Shown here: positions 23,347 through 32,248 of the stretch, one piece after another
How positions within the stretch are numbered: position 1 is the stretch's first letter
How the letters are laid out: every line of letters begins with the position of its first letter
DNA from: Bryobacterales bacterium
Lineage (GTDB): Bacteria > Acidobacteriota > Terriglobia > Bryobacterales > Bryobacteraceae
Direction of reading: 5' to 3'
Length of the DNA: 64,000 nt
Assembly: GCA_963719195.1 (NCBI GenBank)
Contig: CAVRBB010000009.1
Coordinates: forward strand, 406,280-470,279
Notes under the pieces: generated by a model
Seen by the model: only the letters and a program-made list of their open reading frames with translations
The model's database searches: none
Told to the model about the DNA's origin: nothing
Program-made: the position numbers and the translations under genes

Positions 23347-26300
23347 TCAGGCGCCGAGCCGCGTCTCTGCCGCGAAGATCGGCCGGATTCGCTGCCGTCC
23401 GTTCGCTCCACAAGCGTCGATCAGTGCGGATCGATAGACCTCGGGTACGTCGGCCGGTTCGGCGCTGGTCCCGCGAGCGCACCAGATCGCGTCATGATCT
23501 CCGTACGCGAGCTTGATGCGTTGGCCGTTGCCGGCGAGCTTATAGAAATCGAAGTGCAACTGCGTTCCCTTGCGGTACAGCGCCTTCAACGAGATCACCA
23601 CCTCGATGGCATCGAATGGCATCGCTTCCCGAAGGTGCCGGATTTCGCTTCGCACGCAGCGGAACTCACCGATCATCCCTCCGGCGGTGAACAGGTCCGG
23701 GGCGATGTCATGGTAGTAGCGGTCGATGACCCGGTTCATCCAGTGGTAGTAATTCGAGTAGTAAATGTTCCCCACCAGATTGGACTCGGCGGAAGTCGTG
23801 TGGAATGTTTGAGCCGCCAACTCCGGCTGGAGTTTAGGACCTTCGGGCGAACGGTAGAGGCATTCACCGAGTCCGCCCTCGATAGCGCGCCGCTGCGCGT
23901 CCTGTATTGCGAGTCGCGAGGGTTGATCGATGGCGCCGGCGCCCTGCTGTTGCGCTGGCAGATTCGCCTCGATGAACCGTTGCATGTAGTCCGGGAACGG
24001 CTGCACCTCCACCACGCCGTGACCCTTGATCTCCACCCAGGTGGTCGCCATGTTGCTGGATGCAATCCGTTCTTCCGATCCGTCCGGACGGATCTTGAAC
24101 CAGTCAAAATGCATATCCACCGAGGAGTTGAATTTGCCGTAGGTCTTGCTGATGTGGATGCGGCCTTCGATCAGATCCATGGCGCCGGCGTCGCCTGCGA
24201 CGTAAATGTCGGAGTGGTTGGTCACCATTCCCCAGCGGCCGGTGGCGAAATCCTCCACCATCCGGCCCGCCACATCGACCGTACCGAGTTCCCTCACCTT
24301 GCCCATCCAGTCGGCGAAAACCGGGAAGTTCAAGGTGTGCCGCAACGTAGTCGTGTCTTTGAACGTTGCCCGAAAGCGGAAACCCAGGGCAGGCTGGCCC
24401 GAAGGGCCTTGCCTGAGATAGGCGCCTCCCTCGTTGCGGGCGAGGACGGCGACTTGCTCCAAGGCGGGTTGGACGGTCATGGCCACCATCTTCTTCGGCG
24501 GCCGGGTCAGCGCCACAGGGAAGGTCAACACGTTCACGCTGCGGCCCTCGGCCTCTGCCGAGAAGAGCACACCGCCCTGCTCCCTTCGCAATAGCTGGAT
24601 GTTCGCGCCAGCGGTCCCGAAGGCCTTGACGGCGGTTTCCATCGCGCACCAGATGCGAGTGCCGGCGTCATTCAAGGCGTCACCGCCAGCCATCAACGCT
24701 TGGAGCAGGGCCTGCCGGTTGTTCCCGAGCAGGTCCAGCCATTCCTGTTCCGAACGGGGGCTGACCGGTTCGATATCGCAGCCTTGTGCCTCGCGGCCAG
24801 CCACGCAAAGACAGTGTCTCCGGTCGTGTGAAAGCGAAACACTCACTTGGTCATCCAGACCTCGGACAACCGGCTTGCCGTTCTCAGCCCATTGGATCTC
24901 CACACCACTCAGGTCACTTCGACGTTCTGTGGGCAACACCTTGGAAACGGCGTCCAGAAACAGCGGGCACTCCACCAACCGCCTCCGGCTTCGATCCAGC
25001 TTTGAGAGTTCTGCATCAAAGACGAGCCGGTACGCCGGTGCGCTGACCTTCAGCTTGTCAACAACTTCCTTCAGCGCTTTCGCGAACAGCGCGGCGTCGC
25101 GCTCGCCGGGATGGATGAAAACCTCCGGATCCGGCGCGCTCTCGTGGCGATCCATTTCCTTCAGCCGGTAACCTTCCAGCCGCTCGATGGGGCGCCCATC
25201 CGCAGTGACGGCGGTGACATTGCAGACCGGTCCCGTGCGCGACGTGATCTGGTTCCGGGCGAGGCCGGCTCCCGAATAATCGAGCGAATAGAGATACAGC
25301 GCGTCGATGCGCACCGGAAGCGACACGATCTTGATGGAGAGCTGCGGGCTTTGCAGCAGCACGTCGCGGAACGACGGGTCGCCCAACATCAGCGCCGCCG
25401 GGTGCTGCGGCGCGAAGTAGCCCGGCTCGGAACGACGCTCGATTTCGATGAGCGATCCCTGGGCGTCCATCGCCCAGACTTTCTGCATGCGCTGGAACAG
25501 CGGGCCTTGGAACAGCGAGCCGCCGTACAACTCGGTCTTGGGATCGATATCGATGGGTGCCGCGGGTCGTGCCCAATCCCGAGAGTCAACCTGATAGTGC
25601 TGCGGTTCGATCACGAACGTCGCCGCGAAATGGTCACGCTTGAATGCGGACTGCTCGGTGCTGATGCCGACGCGAACGGAAACCGGATCGGATGGACTTC
25701 CGCGCTGGATCACCTCCGCCTTCATCTGGATCAGCGCGCCGGAGTCGCTCGCGACCACAATCGGCCGCTCGAGCTTGATATCCACCACTTTGAGCGACTC
25801 GAATTTGGAAACGCCCAGCACCTTGGCCACGCACTGCGCCATCGCCTCCAGACCGAAGACGGTGGGGAAGAGATAGACACCGCGATAATAGTGGTGGCGC
25901 AGGTAAAGATCGTCGTCGAGCTTCAGCCGCACGCGGTTGACCAGCTCGACGCCCGGTTCGAAGCGCTGAATGTCCTGAATGAACCGTCCGGCCGGGGAGG
26001 CGGTCAAGGGCAGGTTGCGCCAGGTATCCAGGCCGCCCAACCGGCCCGCGATCACCACCTGGTTCGCCGGGCTCTGCTTCCGCACCGCATCCAGGAAGTG
26101 CGCAATGCCGTCCGCCGGCGGAATGGCGGAAATCCCCATCTTGGCGAGGTGCTGCACGCTGCCCAGGCGAGCGCCCATGCCCACCTCGCTCCAAACGCTG
26201 TAGGCGAGCGCCACGGTTTGCGTCGCCCGGTGAGCGGCCCGAAACCTTGCGAGCGAGAGATTCAATGCTTCGTTCGAGAACGCGTACCAGGAGTTTCCGG

Positions 26301-26895
26301 GCATGCCGGTGACGCCGATGATCGAAGATAGGGCCGCGATCAGCTTTGGCGGCCGCGCCTCCAGCGCCCGGCATAGGTTCAAAAAGCCCTGCACCTTGGG
26401 GGAGACTTCCGTGAGCGCCTGTTCTTCTGTAACCTGTTCCACTCGCCGCGGTTTGTTTACACCCGCGCCGTGAATCAGCCCGGTGATCGGGCCGAACTCG
26501 CGTTCGACCTCTTCCACCACGCGATTCACTTCGGCTGGATCGACGATGTTGCATTGATGGTAGCGGGCAACCAGTCCGGCCCCGGCGTAGCGGGACAGCA
26601 CGCGGCCGATCTCCGTAGACTGCCGGTCGATGGCATCGTTGTATGGCGAGGTCCCCACCAGCACCATCCGGGCGCCGCTCGCCGTGGCGAAGGAGAAAGC
26701 GCATTCGGCGGTGATACCCTTGGCGCCGCCAGTAACGACCACCACGTCTTCCCGGCTCCATTCGACCGGCCGCGGTGACAGAAGTTGCGGCTCGATGACA
26801 CGCGGCTCCAAGAGATACCGTTGGCCGCCGGCAGCATAGTGACTCAGTACGTATCGCTCGGACCCGATTTGTTCCGCTACGATGCGGCCGGCCAT
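23347..26895 (-). CDS. PKS subunit or continuation: KR - DH - 4'-phosphopantetheinyl transferase - two hot-dog (thioesterase-type) domains
   Basis: KR approx 26011-26895 (VVVVTGGAKGI, SWYAFSNEA). DH approx 25141-25998 (HYYRGVYLFP = HxxxGxxxxP, DVLLQS). PPTase approx 24586-25128 (SVSLSHD...QGCDIE...WCAMETAVKAFG). Hot-dog 1 approx 23971-24393; hot-dog 2 approx 23461-23823 (NLVGNIYYSNYYHWM). Confidence 0.85.
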   Translation of the reverse strand: MAGRIVAEQIGSERYVLSHYAAGGQRYLLEPRVIEPQLLSPRPVEWSREDVVVVTGGAKGITAECAFSFATASGARMVLVGTSPYNDAIDRQSTEIGRVLSRYAGAGLVARYHQCNIVDPAEVNRVVEEVEREFGPITGLIHGAGVNKPRRVEQVTEEQALTEVSPKVQGFLNLCRALEARPPKLIAALSSIIGVTGMPGNSWYAFSNEALNLSLARFRAAHRATQTVALAYSVWSEVGMGARLGSVQHLAKMGISAIPPADGIAHFLDAVRKQSPANQVVIAGRLGGLDTWRNLPLTASPAGRFIQDIQRFEPGVELVNRVRLKLDDDLYLRHHYYRGVYLFPTVFGLEAMAQCVAKVLGVSKFESLKVVDIKLERPIVVASDSGALIQMKAEVIQRGSPSDPVSVRVGISTEQSAFKRDHFAATFVIEPQHYQVDSRDWARPAAPIDIDPKTELYGGSLFQGPLFQRMQKVWAMDAQGSLIEIERRSEPGYFAPQHPAALMLGDPSFRDVLLQSPQLSIKIVSLPVRIDALYLYSLDYSGAGLARNQITSRTGPVCNVTAVTADGRPIERLEGYRLKEMDRHESAPDPEVFIHPGERDAALFAKALKEVVDKLKVSAPAYRLVFDAELSKLDRSRRRLVECPLFLDAVSKVLPTERRSDLSGVEIQWAENGKPVVRGLDDQVSVSLSHDRRHCLCVAGREAQGCDIEPVSPRSEQEWLDLLGNNRQALLQALMAGGDALNDAGTRIWCAMETAVKAFGTAGANIQLLRREQGGVLFSAEAEGRSVNVLTFPVALTRPPKKMVAMTVQPALEQVAVLARNEGGAYLRQGPSGQPALGFRFRATFKDTTTLRHTLNFPVFADWMGKVRELGTVDVAGRMVEDFATGRWGMVTNHSDIYVAGDAGAMDLIEGRIHISKTYGKFNSSVDMHFDWFKIRPDGSEERIASSNMATTWVEIKGHGVVEVQPFPDYMQRFIEANLPAQQQGAGAIDQPSRLAIQDAQRRAIEGGLGECLYRSPEGPKLQPELAAQTFHTTSAESNLVGNIYYSNYYHWMNRVIDRYYHDIAPDLFTAGGMIGEFRCVRSEIRHLREAMPFDAIEVVISLKALYRKGTQLHFDFYKLAGNGQRIKLAYGDHDAIWCARGTSAEPADVPEVYRSALIDACGANGRQRIRPIFAAETRLGA

Positions 26896-26905
26896 GAATC
26901 CGCTG

Positions 26906-29900
26906 TCATGGGACCGGATGGAAATCCACTGCCCTCACCTTCAAGTGCGGCCTCTCCAGGTGAATGCTGGCGGCGAAGGAAGATGCACAGGCGGTCTCGA
27001 AAGTACCTTCCGCGAGTTCGAGGCCCTGGCTCAATCCCGCGAACTGCACGTAGGTGAGGCTCCGGCAGTTGGCCTGCTTTGCCGATACTACGGCAGCGGC
27101 GCGAAGGCGCTGGATGGCACGGCTAAGCTGAAGGTCGACGGAAGACGCCTGCGGCAGAAGGACGATGAAGTGCTGAATGTCCGTTCGCATTTCGCATGCG
27201 AGTTGGGCTGGGCCGGCGGTGAAGACAGTTGCGCCGAGTGCGGCCAGCTTCTGGCTGAGAGTGGCGGCCAGTTCCTCCTCACCCTCCTCATGCTGAACGG
27301 CGACCACGCTGCCGGTGAAGTCAGCCGCAGCCTGGCGTGCTCGGTCGAGGTCCGAGGGCACCAGCCGCATCTCGAAACTTCTCACCCAATCGCCGCTGGT
27401 TTCCGTGACTGCGGGCGGCGGCGGTGCCGCGGCGCTCACCGGTTGCGGCGGGCCAGCCAGCCCGCTGAGCTTTCCGGCGATTTCACCCAGCGTGGCCCCG
27501 GCCAGTTCGGCGGCGTCGAGTTGCCCGGCCACACCGAGCTGCGCACAAGCGTCCGCGATCAGCGATCCGGCTTTGATCGAGTCGAGATTCAGGTCGTCCA
27601 GCAGCCGGAGACTCAGATCGATCTGGTCGGCAGGGAACCCGGTGGCTTTCGCTGCCAGCGTAACGATGAGCTGGCTCGCGTCAGTTTTGGTGGCGGTCGC
27701 AGCCGGAGCAGCGGTCACCGGGGGTTGCGGCCGCTGAATCATCGGCAGCAAGTCCCCCAGGGTGGCCGCGGCGAATTCGGCCGGGTCGAGTTGGTCCTGT
27801 AGGTTGAATTTCCGTGCGATCTGGCCGATCAGCTCTCCGGCTTTGATGGAGTCCAGGTTCAGATCGTCCACGAGGTTCAGCGACATGGATATCGTCGCGG
27901 GATCGAAACCGGTAAACGCGGCGACGATCGATTGGATCTCGCGCTCGACATCCACCGTGGGGTTCACGGGGTGCATCACGCTGGGCGCCGCCGCCGCGGC
28001 CTCGCGAATCACGACCACCGGCTTCTCCTTCTTCACGCCGTTTCCGTTGGCCGGTATCAACGCCCGGGGCGGTGCAGTACCCACATCCGCACGGATGACA
28101 TCGCTGATGAACCTTCCCCGGCGCGACAGGTAGTCCTTCAGGTCGACGCCGTCTACATTCAGTCCCAGGTGTTCCGTGTCCGCAAGCAGGGCCGTCGGCA
28201 CCGCCGCTGCACGCTCGAACGGCCGTTCGCAGGGGTTCACGATGAACGCCAGGTCTTTCGCGGGAACGAAGGGCCGGATCAACCGGTTCGCATACAACTC
28301 ATCCCATCGGACCGGCTTGCCGTACGCATGCGCCAGAGCCACCAGCCAGTTGAGGTCGTGGAAAGACTCGGCCTGCCGTTCGACGGGGTAGGCGCCGAAT
28401 GTGCCGTTCTCGGGGAATTTCGCGATCAGCCCGGACAACACGTTCCCGGGGCCGACTTCCAACGCCACGTCGCAGGCCGCCCGGAAGTTCCGGACAGCAC
28501 TCACGAAATCGACAGGGCGGAGAATCTGGGACGCAAAATGTTCATGCAGGTCGCTGTCTTTCGAGACCGGACGTCCGTCGCAGGAGGAAATCAATTCCCG
28601 GTTCCGATTTTGCGGCGTGCGGGGTATTGGCGCCTGCCGGCGGATGCGCTCGGCCGCGCCGGCGACCAATGGAGAGTGAAACGCATTACTCACCGAGAGC
28701 CGGTGGGTGGTGATGCCCTGGGCGACGGCAAGTTCGTTCAGCGCTTCGATGGCGGGAATTTCGCCCGACACGACCGTCTGAGACGGACTATTGATGTTGG
28801 CCACCACCAGTGCTCCGCGATCGATTACATTGGCAATCAGTTGCTCGGCCTTGCTCTTGTCGCACACCAGGCTGAGCATCGTGCCCACCGGATCGACACC
28901 GTTGCCGGCCATCAACTGCCCGCGCACCGTGGCCAACTGAATCAGCGCTTTCTCGTCGAATGCGCCGGACGCGTAGAACGCCGTTAACTCGCCGAGGCTG
29001 TGGCCCATCACCACGTCGGCCGAGAAGCCCAAGCGCTGCAGATAGGTCAGCCACAACAGCGATGTGAGAACGATCGCCGGCTGCGACAACTGCGTCTGCT
29101 CCAGCCGCGTCCGCAGCGGCTGGATCTCTTCTTTGCTGATATGGCGATCGAGATCCGGGTAGATCGACGCGGAAAGATTCTCCGTTCCGAGCTCCGCGGC
29201 CCACCGGTCGGCGTCGGCAACCATCGTGCGGGCCCATTCGAACCGCTCGACCAGGCCGCGCGCCATATTGAGCCGCTGCGATCCCTGGCCCGGGAAGAGA
29301 TAACCAAGCGAGCATTTGCGGACGCCGTTGGAGACCACGATCAGGTTTTCCGCATCAACCACAGCGTCACCCTGCCGGGGCGGGTTCGCGATGCGATCGA
29401 GCAGTACGGCGAGCTTCCGTGTCAGCTCTGCCGGGTTTGCTGCGACTACGGACGCTTTGACCGGCAGTCCCGGAATTACACGGGCATTCAAAGAAGCGGC
29501 GAGGTCCGCCATTTCTGCCAGACTCGCGCCGGCGGCGTCCTCCTGCGCGCTCAGCACGACTTCCTTCAATTGCGGGAAATCGCTCGCGGCGAAGCAATAC
29601 ACCTCGCTCTCCTGCCGCGAGACCATGGCCGCACGCTCGTCGATTTCGGGCTTGAGATCCGGTACCGGCTCCGCGCCCGACTTCAATGTCACGTGCAGGT
29701 TGATGCCGCCGAAACCCATGGCCGATACTCCGGCCCGCAGCTCCTTCTGGCGCGGGTGGATCTCGCCCCGCACGGCGGGATACAGGCACGTCGATTCGCC
29801 GGAGAAAACATCATGCGGCATTTCGCAGCCCGCGGTGGGCGGTGTGACCCGCTGGTTGACCGCCATCACGGCCTTAATGAACGCACCGATGCCGGCAGCG

Positions 29901-31099
29901 GCCTTGGTGTGCCCCACGATCGATTTGAAAGAGGTGACGCCGCAGCGCCGCCGGCCGACGTTTCCGCCCTGTCGCAGAGCCTTGGTAATGCCCAACAGTT
30001 CGGTCTTATCGCCCACGGTCGTGCCCGTCCCGTGTCCTTCGATGAAATCGATATCGCCGGTGTCGATCCCGGCGAGTTGGTATGCCCGGCTCAAGGCCAT
30101 GCTCTGGCCGTTCACGCTGGGAGCGGTGATCCCGCCTTTTCCGTCGGAAGACATTCCCCACCCATCCAGCACGGCGTAGATCTTGTCGCCGTCGCGGAGC
30201 GCATCGGCCAGGCGCTTCATGCCGACGAACCCGCAGCCTTCGCCCGGGATAAAGCCGTTGCCGCGCTTGTCGTATACCGACATCTCATTCGGTGTTAGAG
30301 CGCCGACCTTGGCAAATCCGACCAGCTCGAATGGATCCAGACTGATGTCCACGCCGCCGGCGATCGCAAAATCCGCCGCGCCGCTCGCGAGGCTGCTGGC
30401 GGCGGAGTAGACGGCGATCAGCGAAGACGAGCAGGCTCCATCGACCGTGTATCCGCCGCCGTTGAGATTCAGATAATTGCAGATGCGGCCCGCGATGGTG
30501 TTCGCCAGGCCGCCGGCGAGCGTGTCTTCGTTGATCGGCGCGAACACGGACTTGAAGCTGTGTTCCATGCTTTCGGACAAGGCGCGGACCGCTTCGGCCG
30601 GCATGCCCAGATCGGAGGCGGCGGCGCGCAGGATCTTGTGGACGAAAGGCCAACGCAGCCGGAGCGTGTTGGATCGCGTGACCTCGCCCGTCAGCGTATT
30701 GCCGACCACGACCTGCGTGGTTTCCCGCGGAAGATCGCCCGGCTGGTACCCGGCGTCCTCGAGCATTTGAAGCGCGACATCCAGAGATAGCCAATGCACG
30801 ATGTCGGTCGATTCGTAGGTGGTTTTCGGAATGCGCTTCCGGGCCCAATTGAACTCGTAGCCGTCGATCACCGCCGCTCGCTGGCCGTACGTTTTGTCCG
30901 GTACGGTCTTGTCGGCATGGTGGTATTCCGCAAGCGGCAGGCGGACGTCCGGCATTCGCCGGAACTGGCGCCGGCGCGCGAGGATGTTCTCCCATAACTC
31001 CTTCGGGGTTCTTGCGCCGGGATACCAGCAACCGATCCCGATAATGGCTATCTCGTTTCGCTTGGCGTCGTTGGGGAATCGCGCGTTTGTCATTTTCAT
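26906..31099 (-). CDS. Enediyne-PKSE-like iterative type I polyketide synthase: KS - AT - ACP - ACP - N-terminal KR subdomain
   Basis: KS approx 29672-31060: ELWENILARRRQFRRMP, VVGNTLTGE, NEDTLAGGLANTIAGRICNY, TVDGACSSS (Cys codon 30431-30433), EGHGTGT, GHTKAAAG. AT approx 28412-29308 (GQGSQ, GHSLGE, AFHSPL). ACPs approx 27737-27955 and 27458-27679 (both DDLNLDSIKAG). Start taken at the ATG at 31099 (MKMTN); the ORF is open to 31261. Confidence 0.9.
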   Translation of the reverse strand: MKMTNARFPNDAKRNEIAIIGIGCWYPGARTPKELWENILARRRQFRRMPDVRLPLAEYHHADKTVPDKTYGQRAAVIDGYEFNWARKRIPKTTYESTDIVHWLSLDVALQMLEDAGYQPGDLPRETTQVVVGNTLTGEVTRSNTLRLRWPFVHKILRAAASDLGMPAEAVRALSESMEHSFKSVFAPINEDTLAGGLANTIAGRICNYLNLNGGGYTVDGACSSSLIAVYSAASSLASGAADFAIAGGVDISLDPFELVGFAKVGALTPNEMSVYDKRGNGFIPGEGCGFVGMKRLADALRDGDKIYAVLDGWGMSSDGKGGITAPSVNGQSMALSRAYQLAGIDTGDIDFIEGHGTGTTVGDKTELLGITKALRQGGNVGRRRCGVTSFKSIVGHTKAAAGIGAFIKAVMAVNQRVTPPTAGCEMPHDVFSGESTCLYPAVRGEIHPRQKELRAGVSAMGFGGINLHVTLKSGAEPVPDLKPEIDERAAMVSRQESEVYCFAASDFPQLKEVVLSAQEDAAGASLAEMADLAASLNARVIPGLPVKASVVAANPAELTRKLAVLLDRIANPPRQGDAVVDAENLIVVSNGVRKCSLGYLFPGQGSQRLNMARGLVERFEWARTMVADADRWAAELGTENLSASIYPDLDRHISKEEIQPLRTRLEQTQLSQPAIVLTSLLWLTYLQRLGFSADVVMGHSLGELTAFYASGAFDEKALIQLATVRGQLMAGNGVDPVGTMLSLVCDKSKAEQLIANVIDRGALVVANINSPSQTVVSGEIPAIEALNELAVAQGITTHRLSVSNAFHSPLVAGAAERIRRQAPIPRTPQNRNRELISSCDGRPVSKDSDLHEHFASQILRPVDFVSAVRNFRAACDVALEVGPGNVLSGLIAKFPENGTFGAYPVERQAESFHDLNWLVALAHAYGKPVRWDELYANRLIRPFVPAKDLAFIVNPCERPFERAAAVPTALLADTEHLGLNVDGVDLKDYLSRRGRFISDVIRADVGTAPPRALIPANGNGVKKEKPVVVIREAAAAAPSVMHPVNPTVDVEREIQSIVAAFTGFDPATISMSLNLVDDLNLDSIKAGELIGQIARKFNLQDQLDPAEFAAATLGDLLPMIQRPQPPVTAAPAATATKTDASQLIVTLAAKATGFPADQIDLSLRLLDDLNLDSIKAGSLIADACAQLGVAGQLDAAELAGATLGEIAGKLSGLAGPPQPVSAAAPPPPAVTETSGDWVRSFEMRLVPSDLDRARQAAADFTGSVVAVQHEEGEEELAATLSQKLAALGATVFTAGPAQLACEMRTDIQHFIVLLPQASSVDLQLSRAIQRLRAAAVVSAKQANCRSLTYVQFAGLSQGLELAEGTFETACASSFAASIHLERPHLKVRAVDFHPVP

Positions 31100-31590
31100 G
31101 CCCTGGTGTTCAGCAGATTGCAGAAGATTTCGAGAGACCGGTAGCGTGAGCAGCCCGATAACGATGCATCCGGGGCCGCTCAACATCCGGCGTGGCGGCC
31201 CTTCGGTGGCAAAAGGCCGCCGAATAGGGTGCAGCGGTCGTTTTCCGAGTCGACGATACACAGATATCCAACAGAATCGGCACTTGCGAATCTCCTTCGT
31301 GCAGCGGGAATTTCGAGCTGAGAGCTGGCTGATGCAACGATGACAACAGGGACCGTCGCAGCAGAAGCAGCGCGGACGTGCCTGCTCCGTTCAACAGTTC
31401 CGGATTGCCGTGGCGTACCCAGGACCAGGCAATGGAATCAACGTGCGCCAATTGTTTTTCAGCGCAGTCCGCACCTGTATAGTGCGTGCATCGGCAGGAC
31501 CGTTACAGGGATGCGCCGAGTGTGGGCCGCCGGACTAGTACTGGTTTTGGTTCGGTCCTTGATCGTGATCGGTAGTTTTTCCCGCACGGC

Positions 31591-31925
31591 ATGAAGCATT
31601 ACTACGGCGGCATCATCGCGTGCCGCAGGGCGTCCGGATCAGGGACAACTCGACCGGCGTGTGGGGCTTCGGCAGGTCCACGCTCACCAGCGTGTCGCTG
31701 GTCGCGGATTCAATTCACGACCGCGTGCTGCCGGAGGTGTACACCGACACGGAGATGCCGGTCAACTGCAAGGTCGGGGCGGGCCGGACGAGAGCAACTT
31801 CTACGAGGCGCTGGGCATCGTGGGAGAGGGCCCGCTCGTGGCGGACACGCCGACCCACTACGAGGACAAAGACGGCGACGCCAACGCTGAGACGCTGATC
31901 GGCCACACGCTCGACGGTCAGATAA
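31591..31925 (+). pseudogene. Short multi-frame gene remnant (possibly phage-derived)
   Basis: Coding-like stretches in three frames: MKHYYGGII / GVRIRDNSTGVWGFGRSTLTSVSLVADSIHDRVLPEVYTDTEMPVNCKVG / NFYEALGIVGEGPLVADTPTHYEDKDGD. No intact ORF. Confidence 0.3.
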
Positions 31926-32124
31926 CGTTGGAGGAACCCGCCTGTCGCAATACAGCCAGATCGAACAGGCCCCAGGCGAGCAGGCATCGCCGCGGACGAT
32001 TTCCACCGTTCGCGTCAGTGCTTTGTGGCGGGCCGTCAGTTTCAGCGGCGCTCATCAATGTCCACACTCTCCGTCTCCCTCGGTCCGAACCTGCGCGTTG
32101 TTATACTATTCTCGAAATCCCTTC

Positions 32125-32211
32125 GCGGTCGTGGCGAAATTGGCAGACGCGCCAGACTTAGGATCTGGTCCACGAGAGTGGGTGGAGGTTCAAGTCCTCT
32201 CGGCCGCACCA
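32125..32211 (+). tRNA. tRNA-Leu (anticodon UAG), type II with a long variable arm and encoded CCA
   Basis: Folded by hand. Acceptor GCGGTCG/CGGCCGC. Anticodon stem CCAGA/TCTGG with loop CTTAGGA. Variable arm CCAC/GTGG. T-loop TTCAAGT. Discriminator A plus CCA. Confidence 0.9.
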
Positions 32212-32248
32212 GTTTAGAATCCATCACTTACAGCGACACGCGGCTTAT

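Noticed and set aside
23329-30298. Several 350-430-aa plus-strand ORFs (23329-24594, 25111-26331, 27932-28987, 29000-30298)
   Set aside because: All are antisense shadows of the PKS genes, whose minus-strand translations carry clear catalytic motifs.
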